Shown: positions 1-9,566 of the stretch, piece by piece
How positions within the stretch are numbered: the stretch's first letter is position 1
Layout: each line of letters begins with the position of its first letter
Virus record (IMG/VR): IMGVR_UViG_3300047325_000130
Coordinates: 1-64,000 of that record
DNA: 64,000 nucleotides
Origin: a virus
Reading direction: 5' to 3' (one strand)
The notes under the pieces: model-generated
The model's input: only the letters and a program-made list of their open reading frames with translations
Databases searched by the model: none
What the model was told of the DNA's origin: nothing
Made by a program: the position numbers and the translations under genes

Positions 1-91
1 CAAATCAGACATTATTTGATTTGTAGTAATATTTAATAGTTTGAATGCATTAGATATTTTTGATTTATTTGCATATTTCAATCTTAGCTTA

Positions 92-187
92 CTACTTCGG
101 ATCATGTTGTAATCCGCAAGTAGTAAAATGTAGCCAAGCAGTTTTATATGTGATTGAATTTCTCTTAGCATATTCACTTAGTTTCAT
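92..187 (-). mobile_element. Internally deleted IS607-like remnant (TnpA N-terminal HTH fused to a TnpB-like CGxxHD tail), 31 aa
   Basis: Reads MKLSEYAKRNSITYKTAWLHF-TTCGLQHDPK*. The first 21 aa match the MerR-type HTH start of IS607 TnpA (MKLSEYAKxxGIxYxTAW); CGLQHD resembles the TnpB Zn-ribbon end. Confidence 0.5.
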
Positions 188-273
188 ATTGTTATTTATG
201 CCAAAAACAATACTTAGCTATATTTAACTATGATTTTAATGATTAAATATCATACGTTTCCTACTTACATGGT

Positions 274-495
274 TCATTTGTATGCTCGATCTTCATAAGT
301 TAACCTATATTGTACATCATCTATTATTACTATATCATACATATATTTTAGATCAAATACTAATTGAAATGCATGTCGAGTTTTTAAAGAAATCCAGTTA
401 TTATTATCCAACTCTATGATTCTTCCGATATAATTTTCGGTTTGAAACCATTTGTTATATTCAAATGATATACAATCGTATTTTTTTAATTTCAT
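274..495 (-). CDS. Small hypothetical protein of the C-terminal IDDxQYRL motif family
   Basis: 73-aa ORF overlapping the upstream stop (ATGA); ends IIDDVQYRL. Confidence 0.6.
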   Translation of the reverse strand: MKLKKYDCISFEYNKWFQTENYIGRIIELDNNNWISLKTRHAFQLVFDLKYMYDIVIIDDVQYRLTYEDRAYK

Positions 496-716
496 CTTGA
501 TAACATATATTGAATTTGTTCTTCTACGGTAAGAAATACTGCGTTGCTTTTGTTTAGATAAAAATCAAATACCGAATAACTATCGTCGACATATGTTGAC
601 GACGTTTTACTTAGTATGTCGATATCATCCAAATATCGACATACTAAGATTTCCCTATTATAGGACGTAAAACTATCTATTACTTTAGCTAGTTTATTCT
701 CGTTAAGTATTATCAC
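492..716 (-). CDS. Small hypothetical protein (probable GTG start at 716)
   Basis: ORF 492..794 overlaps the upstream gene, so a GTG near its stop is the likelier start; ends VEEQIQYML. Confidence 0.55.
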   Translation of the reverse strand: MIILNENKLAKVIDSFTSYNREILVCRYLDDIDILSKTSSTYVDDSYSVFDFYLNKSNAVFLTVEEQIQYMLSR

Positions 717-1035
717 GAATTTTTGTTTTACGTCCTCTTTTTTTACCTTTTGTCTTATTTTCCCCAGTCTCTTTAATATCATGAGTATCAGCATATCGAC
801 TTGGACTCATACCGTCTATTGCGAGAATTTCAGTATTTAAAGAAACTGTCATAGTAATTTCTCTATCGGTTATAACTAATTTTGGTTCATTATTTTTGTA
901 AACAATCTGTTGTAAAATTAAATCTCTTGGCTGATAAAATTGCGCACCAAACGCCGCAGTTACCGGAACATTTACTCTCATAATTGTACCAGCAGATAGT
1001 AGATCTTTATTAACTAAAGTTTCGATTAAGCTCAT
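703..1035 (-). CDS. Hypothetical jumbo-phage protein with basic KKRGRK tail
   Basis: 110-aa ORF with AAGGA RBS; IDGMxPxR motif and AT-hook-like C-terminus. Confidence 0.7.
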   Translation of the reverse strand: MSLIETLVNKDLLSAGTIMRVNVPVTAAFGAQFYQPRDLILQQIVYKNNEPKLVITDREITMTVSLNTEILAIDGMSPSRYADTHDIKETGENKTKGKKRGRKTKIRDNT

Positions 1036-1206
1036 AGGATTTTTCCTTTATTATTTTTGTAGTATTTTATAGGTAGGTAAGAACGAATTGTGTATTAAGC
1101 TGATCTCTTTATTTTGTATTTTGTATCTATTTTGTTTTGCGGTTGGATCGAAACATACGAGGCATAGTGTTTGATTCCATGCCTTTTCTGCAGAATTGTC
1201 TAAATC

Positions 1207-3972
1207 CTAAGCAGTTATTGACTCCATTTCTATAGTTTCTTCCTTAACTGGTGTCACAATATATTCAAAAGATAATTTATTATCTTCAACATGAATAATT
1301 GCGCCACCGCCATTCTTTAATTGACCAAACAACATTTCCTTACTTAACGGTAATTTGATATGCTTCTGTATTACTCTTGCTAGTGGTCTTGCCCCCATAG
1401 CAGGATCAAATCCTTTTTCAACAAGCCATTTCTTAGCAGCATCATCTAATACCACACTGACAGATTTTTCTGCACTTTGTACGTTCAATTGATTAATATA
1501 CTTGTCAACAATACTGCGCATATTCTCAATGCTTAGTTTATTGAACTTAATTACATCGTCAAGTCTATTACGGAACTCGGGTGCAAAGTGCATATTAACA
1601 GCCTCGCCTGATTGATTCTCTTTGATTTCTCGACCAAAACCAATACCAGCTTTCTCAGAAGCGGCAGCACCGAGATTCGAAGTAAGAATCAAAATGACAT
1701 TTTTAGCGCTGATTGATTTGCCGTCACTATTAGTGATTTTGCCATAATCCATAATCTGCAGAAGAATATTGTAGATTGACGGATGGGCTTTTTCAATTTC
1801 ATCAAGCAATAATACACAATGCGGATGTTGTTCGATTGCATTTACGAGCAAACCAGAACCGGCACCGCCGTTGCTATATCCTACATACCCGGGAGGCGAG
1901 CCAATTAATTTACTAACCGAATGTGCCTCACTATATTCACTACAGTCAAAACGTACGAATCCAATACCTAATGTACTCGCTAATTTTTTACTTAATTCGG
2001 TATTGTGATGAACAAATTTATTACTTGTTTGGTATAAGTGGGTTGGATTAGAAACGGTTAAATCATAAAATAATGTTTCATTACTAATTGAAATGTCAGT
2101 AATTTGATGAATATCGCCGTCTGCATCTTTTACGGTATCACCAACTATTAGTTGGTCCGCAAATATTTCAAGTTTTTTACTATCTTTGATAATTTTGTGC
2201 TTATCGGCGCAGTGTATTGTTTCGTTATTTGAAAATGTAATTAATCTACCATTATCATTTTTAGTGATACCAGCTAATATCGGAGTCCAGTTTGAATTCT
2301 CGTCCTTTATTAAAATTTTTGAATTGATAAATTGTTCCTGACCCGGTTCAAATTTAATTAGTTCATATTCTTGCAATGCATCAAATAATTCGGAGATTGA
2401 AACAGTTGTTTCTATAAGCATGATCGAGTCCTTCTTACATTTTTGAGATCTGTGAGAAAGTATTATCTTATTCAATGCTTCTGGGATCTGAACAGTAATT
2501 TTTTGATCACCTGCCAAGCACTTGCCGCTACCTGTTGGACCAACAAACAAAAAATTACCGATTGGTTTTTCTGGATCGCGAAGACCGCTGCGGCTGATAT
2601 ACATATTGTTTACTAATGCATCAATTGCAACATCTTGACCAAATATTTCTTTCTTAAGAGCTGGCTCCAAATTTGCTAACTTGTCGGTGTCATCCTTGCC
2701 AACCGCATTAACAGGAACTCTTGCTATACGACTAACTTCTTCTTCAATTAGTTTGGCCGTAATTACAGTTTGTCTATCAGCAGACGGTTTAATTGCTTGC
2801 CATGCTGCAACACTATCGATTACGTCAATTGCTTTATCCGGCAAGCAACGATCTTGCACATATCTGGCAGTAAGATCCACTGCGGCATCAATTGCATCTG
2901 GATTATATGTAACGCCATGGAATTTTTCATAATATGGCGCAATACCACGGAGTATTTTCTTACTATCTTCAAGATTTGGTTCAACAATATCAATTTTTTG
3001 AAATCTACGAATAAGTGCTCTATCTTTTTCAATATGCTTACGATACTCCTCATTAGTTGTACTACCAATGCATCGTATCTCGCCCCTGCTCAGAGCAGGC
3101 TTTAACATATTAGCAGCATCAACACCGCCGTTGGCACCGCCAGCATTACCTGCACCCATAATCGAATGAATTTCGTCAATAAACAAAATAACATTTGGTG
3201 TTTTTTGTAAGGCAGTTATGATTTGCTTAACACGTTCTTCAAAGTCACCTCTAAATTTAGTGCCAGCAAGTAAGCTACCGATATCTAAACTATAGATGAT
3301 TTTGTTTAAAAGTTTTTCGGGAACATCGTTATCAACAATACGTTTTGCCAGACCTTCAACAATTATTGTCTTTCCAACGCCAGGGTCGCCTGTCATAATA
3401 ATATTGTTTTTAGTTCTACGGCACAAAATTTGTGCCATTTTTTCTACTTCAATTTCACGACCAATAAGAGGATCAATTTTACCATCTTTTGCTTTAGCAT
3501 TAAGGTTAATGCAGTAGGTATCGAGAATCTCTGCATTAGATTCAGATTCGTTTTCGCCTAATGCAGTATTAATAAGATCATCTCTTTTTGGTCCAAATTT
3601 ATCTAACCAATAGGCAGCGGCAGAATCCGGAGTGCCATAAATTGCTAATAGCAAATCAAGAGATGTAACGTAATCACGCTTATTAAATACTTCTTGGGTC
3701 TTAGCTTTTTTTATAATTGTTTTAAGTAATGAAGTTGCGGCCGGGCGCATACCATAGATTAGTTGTGGATAATTCCCTGGCATATCAAGATATGCAGCAT
3801 TTGCTTCATATAGTTTTTTAAAATCACAATCTGGTATAGAGTTGAATAAGTTTTCAATTGCTGGATCAAGCAAAATAGATGCAAGTAAATGTTCTAATGT
3901 AACAAGTTCATGATTTTTTTGACTAGCAATGTCGTAACTACTTTGTAAAATTTCTTCGAACGTTAACATCAC
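1207..3972 (-). CDS. clpA: ClpA-family AAA+ chaperone/unfoldase, interrupted by an intein
   Basis: Clp N-domain (HELVTLEHLL); D1 Walker A GDPGVGKT and Walker B LFIDEIH; D2 GPTGSGK|T and LLLDEIEKAHP; ClpP-docking IGF loop; GARPL; no ClpB middle domain. Confidence 0.95.
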   Translation of the reverse strand: MMLTFEEILQSSYDIASQKNHELVTLEHLLASILLDPAIENLFNSIPDCDFKKLYEANAAYLDMPGNYPQLIYGMRPAATSLLKTIIKKAKTQEVFNKRDYVTSLDLLLAIYGTPDSAAAYWLDKFGPKRDDLINTALGENESESNAEILDTYCINLNAKAKDGKIDPLIGREIEVEKMAQILCRRTKNNIIMTGDPGVGKTIIVEGLAKRIVDNDVPEKLLNKIIYSLDIGSLLAGTKFRGDFEERVKQIITALQKTPNVILFIDEIHSIMGAGNAGGANGGVDAANMLKPALSRGEIRCIGSTTNEEYRKHIEKDRALIRRFQKIDIVEPNLEDSKKILRGIAPYYEKFHGVTYNPDAIDAAVDLTARYVQDRCLPDKAIDVIDSVAAWQAIKPSADRQTVITAKLIEEEVSRIARVPVNAVGKDDTDKLANLEPALKKEIFGQDVAIDALVNNMYISRSGLRDPEKPIGNFLFVGPTGSGKCLAGDQKITVQIPEALNKIILSHRSQKCKKDSIMLIETTVSISELFDALQEYELIKFEPGQEQFINSKILIKDENSNWTPILAGITKNDNGRLITFSNNETIHCADKHKIIKDSKKLEIFADQLIVGDTVKDADGDIHQITDISISNETLFYDLTVSNPTHLYQTSNKFVHHNTELSKKLASTLGIGFVRFDCSEYSEAHSVSKLIGSPPGYVGYSNGGAGSGLLVNAIEQHPHCVLLLDEIEKAHPSIYNILLQIMDYGKITNSDGKSISAKNVILILTSNLGAAASEKAGIGFGREIKENQSGEAVNMHFAPEFRNRLDDVIKFNKLSIENMRSIVDKYINQLNVQSAEKSVSVVLDDAAKKWLVEKGFDPAMGARPLARVIQKHIKLPLSKEMLFGQLKNGGGAIIHVEDNKLSFEYIVTPVKEETIEMESITA
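2002..2520 (-). mobile_element. 173-aa mini-intein (no homing endonuclease) in the D2 Walker A of ClpA
   Basis: GPTGSGK/CLAGDQ...CADKH...FYDLTV...FVHHN/TELSKKL: Cys1, block B His, block F, terminal HN, +1 Thr. Excision restores GPTGSGKTE. Confidence 0.95.
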
Positions 3973-4460
3973 TTTTTCCTTTTTTCGGCCTTAATAAGTT
4001 TCTTTTTAGCCATCATTAAACTAACCGGGCCTGCTCTATCGCTAAACAATATACCGTTAAGATGGTCATATTCATGCATCCATACAGCCGCCACCTCATC
4101 TTCAAGATTATGATTTTCCCTCAAACCGTCCTGATTAATCCAATTAACATTTATCCATTTAGGCCTTGATATTTTTAAGAATAAACCAGGGAAACTCAAA
4201 CAGCCTTCTGGACTTGTACTAGTATCAACACTTGCCATTGATATTTCCGGATTAATGCACGTTATAAACTGTTCGGTACTATTAAGTACAAATAATCTTA
4301 AGTCAATGCCAATTTGTGGTGCAGCAAGACCAACTGCATTATGTTTTCTAACAAATTGATGCATCTCATCAATGATTGGTTTTAATTCATCTAGTTTATC
4401 TAAATCTACATATTCGCACACCTTACGTAGCAAAGGGTCTTTATTACCAATGAGATGCAT
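3969..4460 (-). CDS. def: Peptide deformylase
   Basis: GLAAPQIG, EGCLS and HEYDH motifs. Confidence 0.95.
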   Translation of the reverse strand: MHLIGNKDPLLRKVCEYVDLDKLDELKPIIDEMHQFVRKHNAVGLAAPQIGIDLRLFVLNSTEQFITCINPEISMASVDTSTSPEGCLSFPGLFLKISRPKWINVNWINQDGLRENHNLEDEVAAVWMHEYDHLNGILFSDRAGPVSLMMAKKKLIKAEKRKK

Positions 4461-5320
4461 TATTTGTTTTCCTCGTATGCGGCCTTAATTGCGTTTCTTA
4501 CTTTTTCTGATAAAGTAGGAACTGTCAAGTTTATTCCGATAATCATATCACCGAAGTTTTTTGAATCATTTAAAAATGGCATACCTTTTTTAGATACATT
4601 TAGATGCGTACCGTGCTGAGTAGCAGGGGGAATTTTAAGTTTAATTTTTGATTTATCTATACACTGTATTTCTACTTCAGTGCCAACCAATGCATCAAAT
4701 GCACTAAGATCTAGAATTTTTAATAGCTTTTCTCCAGATCTTTTAAATTCATCATTATCGGCTACATAAATTTGTACAATTAAATCTCCGGGCAATAATG
4801 CAGTATTGCTTTTATCGCCGTAACCGGCAAATTTAATAGTTTGGCCAGTTGATATGCCAGCTGGGATATCAACTTGAATTGGAGCAGTAGAATTGTTTAT
4901 TTGAATTGGAACCGATTTACCGTAATATGCATCTTCTAAATTAATACTTAATCGAACATGAATATCTCTATTTTTAGTCGGAGCCTGTTGTCTCTGATTA
5001 ATATTATACATGTGATTTAATATGTCATTTAAATCACCGAAATGATGTTGATGAAAACTGAACGAATGTCCTTGCTGTCCATATTTGCGCTGATTATCGT
5101 ATTGTTCACGCTTAGATTGATCACCCAATATATCATATGCTGCATTTATTTCTTTGAATCTTGTTTCAGATTCTTTACTGCCGCCATTTAAGTCAGGATG
5201 GTTTTTCTTTGCTAAGTCTTTGTAAACTTTTTTAATTTCTTCGGCCGTAGCGGTCTCGCTTACGCCTAAAACCGAATAATAATTTATTGCATCCAACTTA
5301 AATTTCTCCAATGATATCAT
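4460..5320 (-). CDS. dnaJ: DnaJ/CbpA-type co-chaperone lacking the Zn finger (true start may be TTG at 5296 after GGAG)
   Basis: J-domain YYSVLG...HPD...FKEINAAY plus DnaJ C-terminal domains. Confidence 0.9.
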   Translation of the reverse strand: MISLEKFKLDAINYYSVLGVSETATAEEIKKVYKDLAKKNHPDLNGGSKESETRFKEINAAYDILGDQSKREQYDNQRKYGQQGHSFSFHQHHFGDLNDILNHMYNINQRQQAPTKNRDIHVRLSINLEDAYYGKSVPIQINNSTAPIQVDIPAGISTGQTIKFAGYGDKSNTALLPGDLIVQIYVADNDEFKRSGEKLLKILDLSAFDALVGTEVEIQCIDKSKIKLKIPPATQHGTHLNVSKKGMPFLNDSKNFGDMIIGINLTVPTLSEKVRNAIKAAYEENK

Positions 5321-5429
5321 TTAATAATATCGTAGAAAGCGTAAAAGTCAACCTTTACATACTCATATAATCGTACTTGATATTAGAATAAATATTAGGA
5401 GATACACCACTTAGCGTAAGAGAACCAGA

Positions 5430-6140
5430 ATGGCTACACACAAATCGCCTCCGCCTAAGATGACAACCATAGAAGCGATTCTGCATTATTTGGTTAATAC
5501 AAAACCTTGGATTTTACTTGTACATTTATTTTATATAATAATGGTATGTATGGCATTAAGTGCAGCATATGTAGTCACATTCCATTGGGGTAGTGTTTTT
5601 GGTATCTACGCACAAGCATATGATTTAAGCAGATTTGGCGATAATTTAAAAACATCTGTACAAGATGATTCTAAAATTAATAGTCAACTAGAAAATGTAT
5701 TAAATGCATCGGGCGGTATAAGAGCTTATATGTATCGTTATCATGATGGTTTAGGTGCGGTCAGTGGCGTACAATTCTTTTTTGAATCAGCAACCGACGA
5801 AGTTATATCTCCGGGTACTACACGATTAATGAATTATCAGCAAAACATTCCAGCAAGTGTTGATTTTACAACCAATAACCAGTTTATACAGAATAAATGC
5901 GCTATCATAACTGATACAACAATTGACCCGCAGAGCCAAAATTATTTCTACTTTCAAAGTAGAGGGGCCAAAGCTATGGTTAGATGTCCGATATATGTTG
6001 ACAATGGCGACTTGTTTGGTTTCGTTGGTATAGATTTTGATCATACTATTACTGTTGCGGAAGCTGATGTTGTAAGCGGATTATTGCAATCGGCTGCACA
6101 ACAAATAGAACCATTATTCTCAACTCAATCTATACAATAG
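5430..6140 (+). CDS. Membrane-anchored GAF-like protein; candidate T4 gp t-type holin
   Basis: One N-terminal TM segment followed by a GAF-like domain (CPI...LFGFVGIDF); TAAATA late promoter at 5389-5394. Confidence 0.5.
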   Translation: MATHKSPPPKMTTIEAILHYLVNTKPWILLVHLFYIIMVCMALSAAYVVTFHWGSVFGIYAQAYDLSRFGDNLKTSVQDDSKINSQLENVLNASGGIRAYMYRYHDGLGAVSGVQFFFESATDEVISPGTTRLMNYQQNIPASVDFTTNNQFIQNKCAIITDTTIDPQSQNYFYFQSRGAKAMVRCPIYVDNGDLFGFVGIDFDHTITVAEADVVSGLLQSAAQQIEPLFSTQSIQ

Positions 6141-6207
6141 ATTGATTATTTTATCATCACATTTATAATAGATTTGATGAACCATTTTAAATCTGGATGT
6201 AAAATAT

Positions 6208-7689
6208 ATGAGAACAAGGTTTGCTCCGTCACCAACAGGCGATCTCCATATCGGGTCCTGTCGTACGGCTCTTTTTAATTTTCTGGCCGCAAAACATGCA
6301 GGCGGAGAGTTTAAGCTTCGTATCGAGGATACCGACAAAGAGCGCAATAGCGAATCTTCATTACAATCTATTAAAGATGGATTAGAATGGCTCGGATTGA
6401 TTCAAGATGGTGATATTGTGATGCAATCATCTGAAATTCAAAATCACCAAGATGCAGTGGTAAAACTAATTGCTACTGGTGCAGCATATCATTGCTATTT
6501 GTCTCAAAACGAAATAGATGCACAAAAGAAGTATTGTGAACAGGTTAAAAAACCTTATAGATATGATATGTCGTGGCGGCCAGACCAGCATGACAATGAA
6601 TTAGAATGGAAACAACACTTAGCTAAAAAAATCAACGATAACGTTCGGTCTGTGGTTCGACTCAAAATGCCGTTAAATGGAACAACTGAATTTGAGGATG
6701 TTATTCGTGGAAAACTCTCAATCAACAATTCCGAATTAGATGATTTTGTGATTTTGCGCGCAGACGGTACTCCGACGTATTTGCTAGCAGCAATTGTTGA
6801 CGATCATAATATGGGTATCACACATGTCATTCGTGGCGAAGACCATATTACCAATACCTTCAAGCAAATACAAATATATAAGGCGTTAGGGTGGGAGATA
6901 CCCACTTTTGCGCATATTTCGCTTATTCACGGAGAGGATGGTGCAAAACTATCAAAGCGGCATATGGCGATGTCGGTATTATCATTGCGTGATAACGGAT
7001 ATTTGCCCGAAGCAGTCAATAGTTATCTTGTCGGTCTTGGATGGGGGCATGCCTCTTCAAATTATTTGACTATGCAAGAAATGATTGAGCAATTTAATAT
7101 TACGCAAGTTGGTAAATCACCAAGTCGCTTAGACTTCGCCAAGCTTGATAATATTAACCATCATTTTCTGCAAAAGAGAGATGACTTTTCACTCAGTGAA
7201 ACGGTTCTTTCTAATTTACTTAGTCAACCGTTTGAGTTCGATACAAAACAATTATCACTTCGAACTGACATTGACTTGTCGTCTGTAGAAAAATTATCTA
7301 GTATGTCAGATGTATCGACACTTGTTTCATTGGCAATGATTTATCAAATGATGCCGCAACTAAAACCAAGAGCAAAAACATTAGTTGAATTAATAGATTC
7401 TGCAAAATATCTTTTCAAATTGCCAGAGTTTGATGATTCTGCCAAAGAAGTATTGACACAGAATTTTAATCTTCTGGGTAAATTACGCATACATTTTCAG
7501 TGTGGCGGCAAAGGCCTATCGGATTTTAATCTCGGTGATTTTAAGATGAAGGATGCTGCAATTACTCTTCGTGCTGCATTGTGCGGCAGTAAAACTTCTT
7601 CTGGTAGTATGGAGTCTATTGTCGAAGTTTTAGGCAAAACTGAGGTAATTTCACGCTTAAATACAACATACCATATTTTTACAAGGTAG
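6208..7689 (+). CDS. gltX: Glutamyl-tRNA synthetase
   Basis: RTRFAPSPTG, HIGS (HIGH), LRIEDTD, VIRGEDH and KLSKR (KMSKS) motifs. Confidence 0.95.
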   Translation: MRTRFAPSPTGDLHIGSCRTALFNFLAAKHAGGEFKLRIEDTDKERNSESSLQSIKDGLEWLGLIQDGDIVMQSSEIQNHQDAVVKLIATGAAYHCYLSQNEIDAQKKYCEQVKKPYRYDMSWRPDQHDNELEWKQHLAKKINDNVRSVVRLKMPLNGTTEFEDVIRGKLSINNSELDDFVILRADGTPTYLLAAIVDDHNMGITHVIRGEDHITNTFKQIQIYKALGWEIPTFAHISLIHGEDGAKLSKRHMAMSVLSLRDNGYLPEAVNSYLVGLGWGHASSNYLTMQEMIEQFNITQVGKSPSRLDFAKLDNINHHFLQKRDDFSLSETVLSNLLSQPFEFDTKQLSLRTDIDLSSVEKLSSMSDVSTLVSLAMIYQMMPQLKPRAKTLVELIDSAKYLFKLPEFDDSAKEVLTQNFNLLGKLRIHFQCGGKGLSDFNLGDFKMKDAAITLRAALCGSKTSSGSMESIVEVLGKTEVISRLNTTYHIFTR

Positions 7690-7835
7690 CAGCAGAAATG
7701 CATAATAGCAGAAAGCTTCGAATGCAAGAGAAAATTCGATATTTAACTTGTGAAGTCGCAAGGCTTTGTTGCTATCCGCTTGTTCAATTTACAAAGCAAA
7801 GTTGGCCAAAATTATTAGTCAAGGATCAGAGTTAA

Positions 7836-8564
7836 ATGTGTCATATCTTAATTCCGATGGGCGGACTTGGCACCAGATTTTCTGTAGCTGGATACGATAA
7901 ACCAAAACCATTGATAGAATTTCTAGGTAAACCAATGATTCGACATGTTGTTGAAAATCTAGGTTTGCATAATCATTACACTATATGTCTTCAACAATCT
8001 GTTTATGAAATGGATAAACCATTATTTGATTATTTGGCAAAACAAGTAAAAAAGATGGAATATGTTTTTATGAACGGACTTAGTGAAGGTCCGGCATCTA
8101 CTTGTCTACTGGCAAAACATTTAATAGACCACAGACAAATGTTAATAATAGCCAATTGTGACCAAATCATGGAATGGAATCAAACCAGGTTTGAAAAATG
8201 GTTTTATAACAAAGATAATTTTTATACTGGCGCGATTTTTACTTTTCCAAATGATGGTAATCATCTCAGTTATGCAGCTATAAATGAAAAAGGTTTAGTT
8301 ACTAAAACAGCTGAAAAAGAAATTATAAGTAAACATGCTACAACTGGCATATATGTGTTTGACCAAGGGCATGATTTTGTTTGGGCAGCAGAGCAAATGA
8401 TAGCTAAAAATATTCGCGCCCCCAATCGAGAATTTTATGTTGCTCCGGTATATAATGAATTAATCGAATGCGGTTTAAGAATTGCAATATATGATGATAT
8501 AAAACATTATCCGATTGGTACCCCAGTAGATCTACAAGAGTTCATTAAGAAAAATACTTTATGA
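7836..8564 (+). CDS. Sugar-phosphate nucleotidyltransferase / GT-A fold protein
   Basis: IPMGGLGTRF..KPKPLI, IANCD, AEK..IS..ATTGIY and EFYVAPVYN motifs. Confidence 0.85.
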   Translation: MCHILIPMGGLGTRFSVAGYDKPKPLIEFLGKPMIRHVVENLGLHNHYTICLQQSVYEMDKPLFDYLAKQVKKMEYVFMNGLSEGPASTCLLAKHLIDHRQMLIIANCDQIMEWNQTRFEKWFYNKDNFYTGAIFTFPNDGNHLSYAAINEKGLVTKTAEKEIISKHATTGIYVFDQGHDFVWAAEQMIAKNIRAPNREFYVAPVYNELIECGLRIAIYDDIKHYPIGTPVDLQEFIKKNTL

Positions 8565-8761
8565 AAATAATACCAACTGTTGGAATGTTTCTAAGTTATA
8601 AATTTGAAGTTATAGAATATGTACAAATTGTTAAAATATCCGACAATCTCTTATATTTTGACGACAACAGCTATCTGCGAATAAATGATTTCAATGATAC
8701 CTATATCGATTATTATGGTGTAACCGAGATAGATGAAATAGAATATAAATTAAGAAAATGA
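8561..8761 (+). CDS. Small hypothetical protein (C-terminal IDEIEYKL)
   Basis: ATGA-coupled ORF in operon. Confidence 0.65.
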   Translation: MKIIPTVGMFLSYKFEVIEYVQIVKISDNLLYFDDNSYLRINDFNDTYIDYYGVTEIDEIEYKLRK

Positions 8762-8967
8762 ACATACATACAGCAGATTTTAAATATATAAAATGCAGAC
8801 AATACAACGACGAAATATTTGTTTATGCAATACTTTTACATAATGAATCAGCTGATCGTATAAGAGTTGATTTTCGTACTTGGAACTGGTATGGTCCATT
8901 ATCTAAATTTCTTTCGAGCTTTGAAATCATATATGTCGACGAAGTTGAATACAAATTAGCATTATGA
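8758..8967 (+). CDS. Small hypothetical protein (C-terminal VDEVEYKL)
   Basis: ATGA-coupled ORF in operon. Confidence 0.65.
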   Translation: MNIHTADFKYIKCRQYNDEIFVYAILLHNESADRIRVDFRTWNWYGPLSKFLSSFEIIYVDEVEYKLAL

Positions 8968-9296
8968 GCTCAGATTTAGGTCGTGTTTTAGAAGAGCTTT
9001 GGATAATATTTGATTCTTACAAAGATAGTAGTGAGAAGGGTATGGTTAAATTAACAGATTTACTGCCCGGTCAATTCTTTAAAGTTTCATCCCTGTTTGG
9101 TAAGGTATTAAAAGTTGATACTCAAATTGAGAAAGCGCCGCTCAATAACACAATATTTATAACTTTTGAATTGTATTTTCGTAATAATTGGGTACTTCAT
9201 ACAATTAATTTGAAATATTTTTCAAATAATGATTTAGAAAAGAATATTTTTCAGATAATTGATGATGAAATGCAATTTAGGTTAATGATACAATGA
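8964..9296 (+). CDS. Small hypothetical protein (C-terminal IDDEMQFRL)
   Basis: ATGA-coupled ORF in operon. Confidence 0.65.
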   Translation: MSSDLGRVLEELWIIFDSYKDSSEKGMVKLTDLLPGQFFKVSSLFGKVLKVDTQIEKAPLNNTIFITFELYFRNNWVLHTINLKYFSNNDLEKNIFQIIDDEMQFRLMIQ

Positions 9297-9526
9297 CACC
9301 AGAAGACCTGGTACAGGGAGATTATATCAGAATTAACTCCGGAGCATATGAAGGTGTTGGAATTTTTTATGCTAATACTTATGATTATGAGTTAGGTTTA
9401 TGTGCGCTAATCAAGGTATACAATAGAAGACATAATGGTTCATTAACATATTTTCCATATCACGAAAATTATACAGACTCGATGGAAGTAATAGACGAAA
9501 TGATGTTTTTGATGTTAAAATACTAA
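9293..9526 (+). CDS. Small hypothetical protein (C-terminal IDEMMFLML)
   Basis: ATGA-coupled ORF; DLVQGDYI SH3/KOW-like start. Confidence 0.65.
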   Translation: MTPEDLVQGDYIRINSGAYEGVGIFYANTYDYELGLCALIKVYNRRHNGSLTYFPYHENYTDSMEVIDEMMFLMLKY

Positions 9527-9566
9527 TCATTAACAATAAATACTTTTAGCCGACCAGGAGAATGTA

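Noticed and set aside
1207-8564. Bacterial chromosome or host contamination (clpA, def, dnaJ, gltX)
   Set aside because: Same low GC as the flanks, interleaved with phage-type small ORFs and TAAATA late promoters, and non-bacterial gene order.
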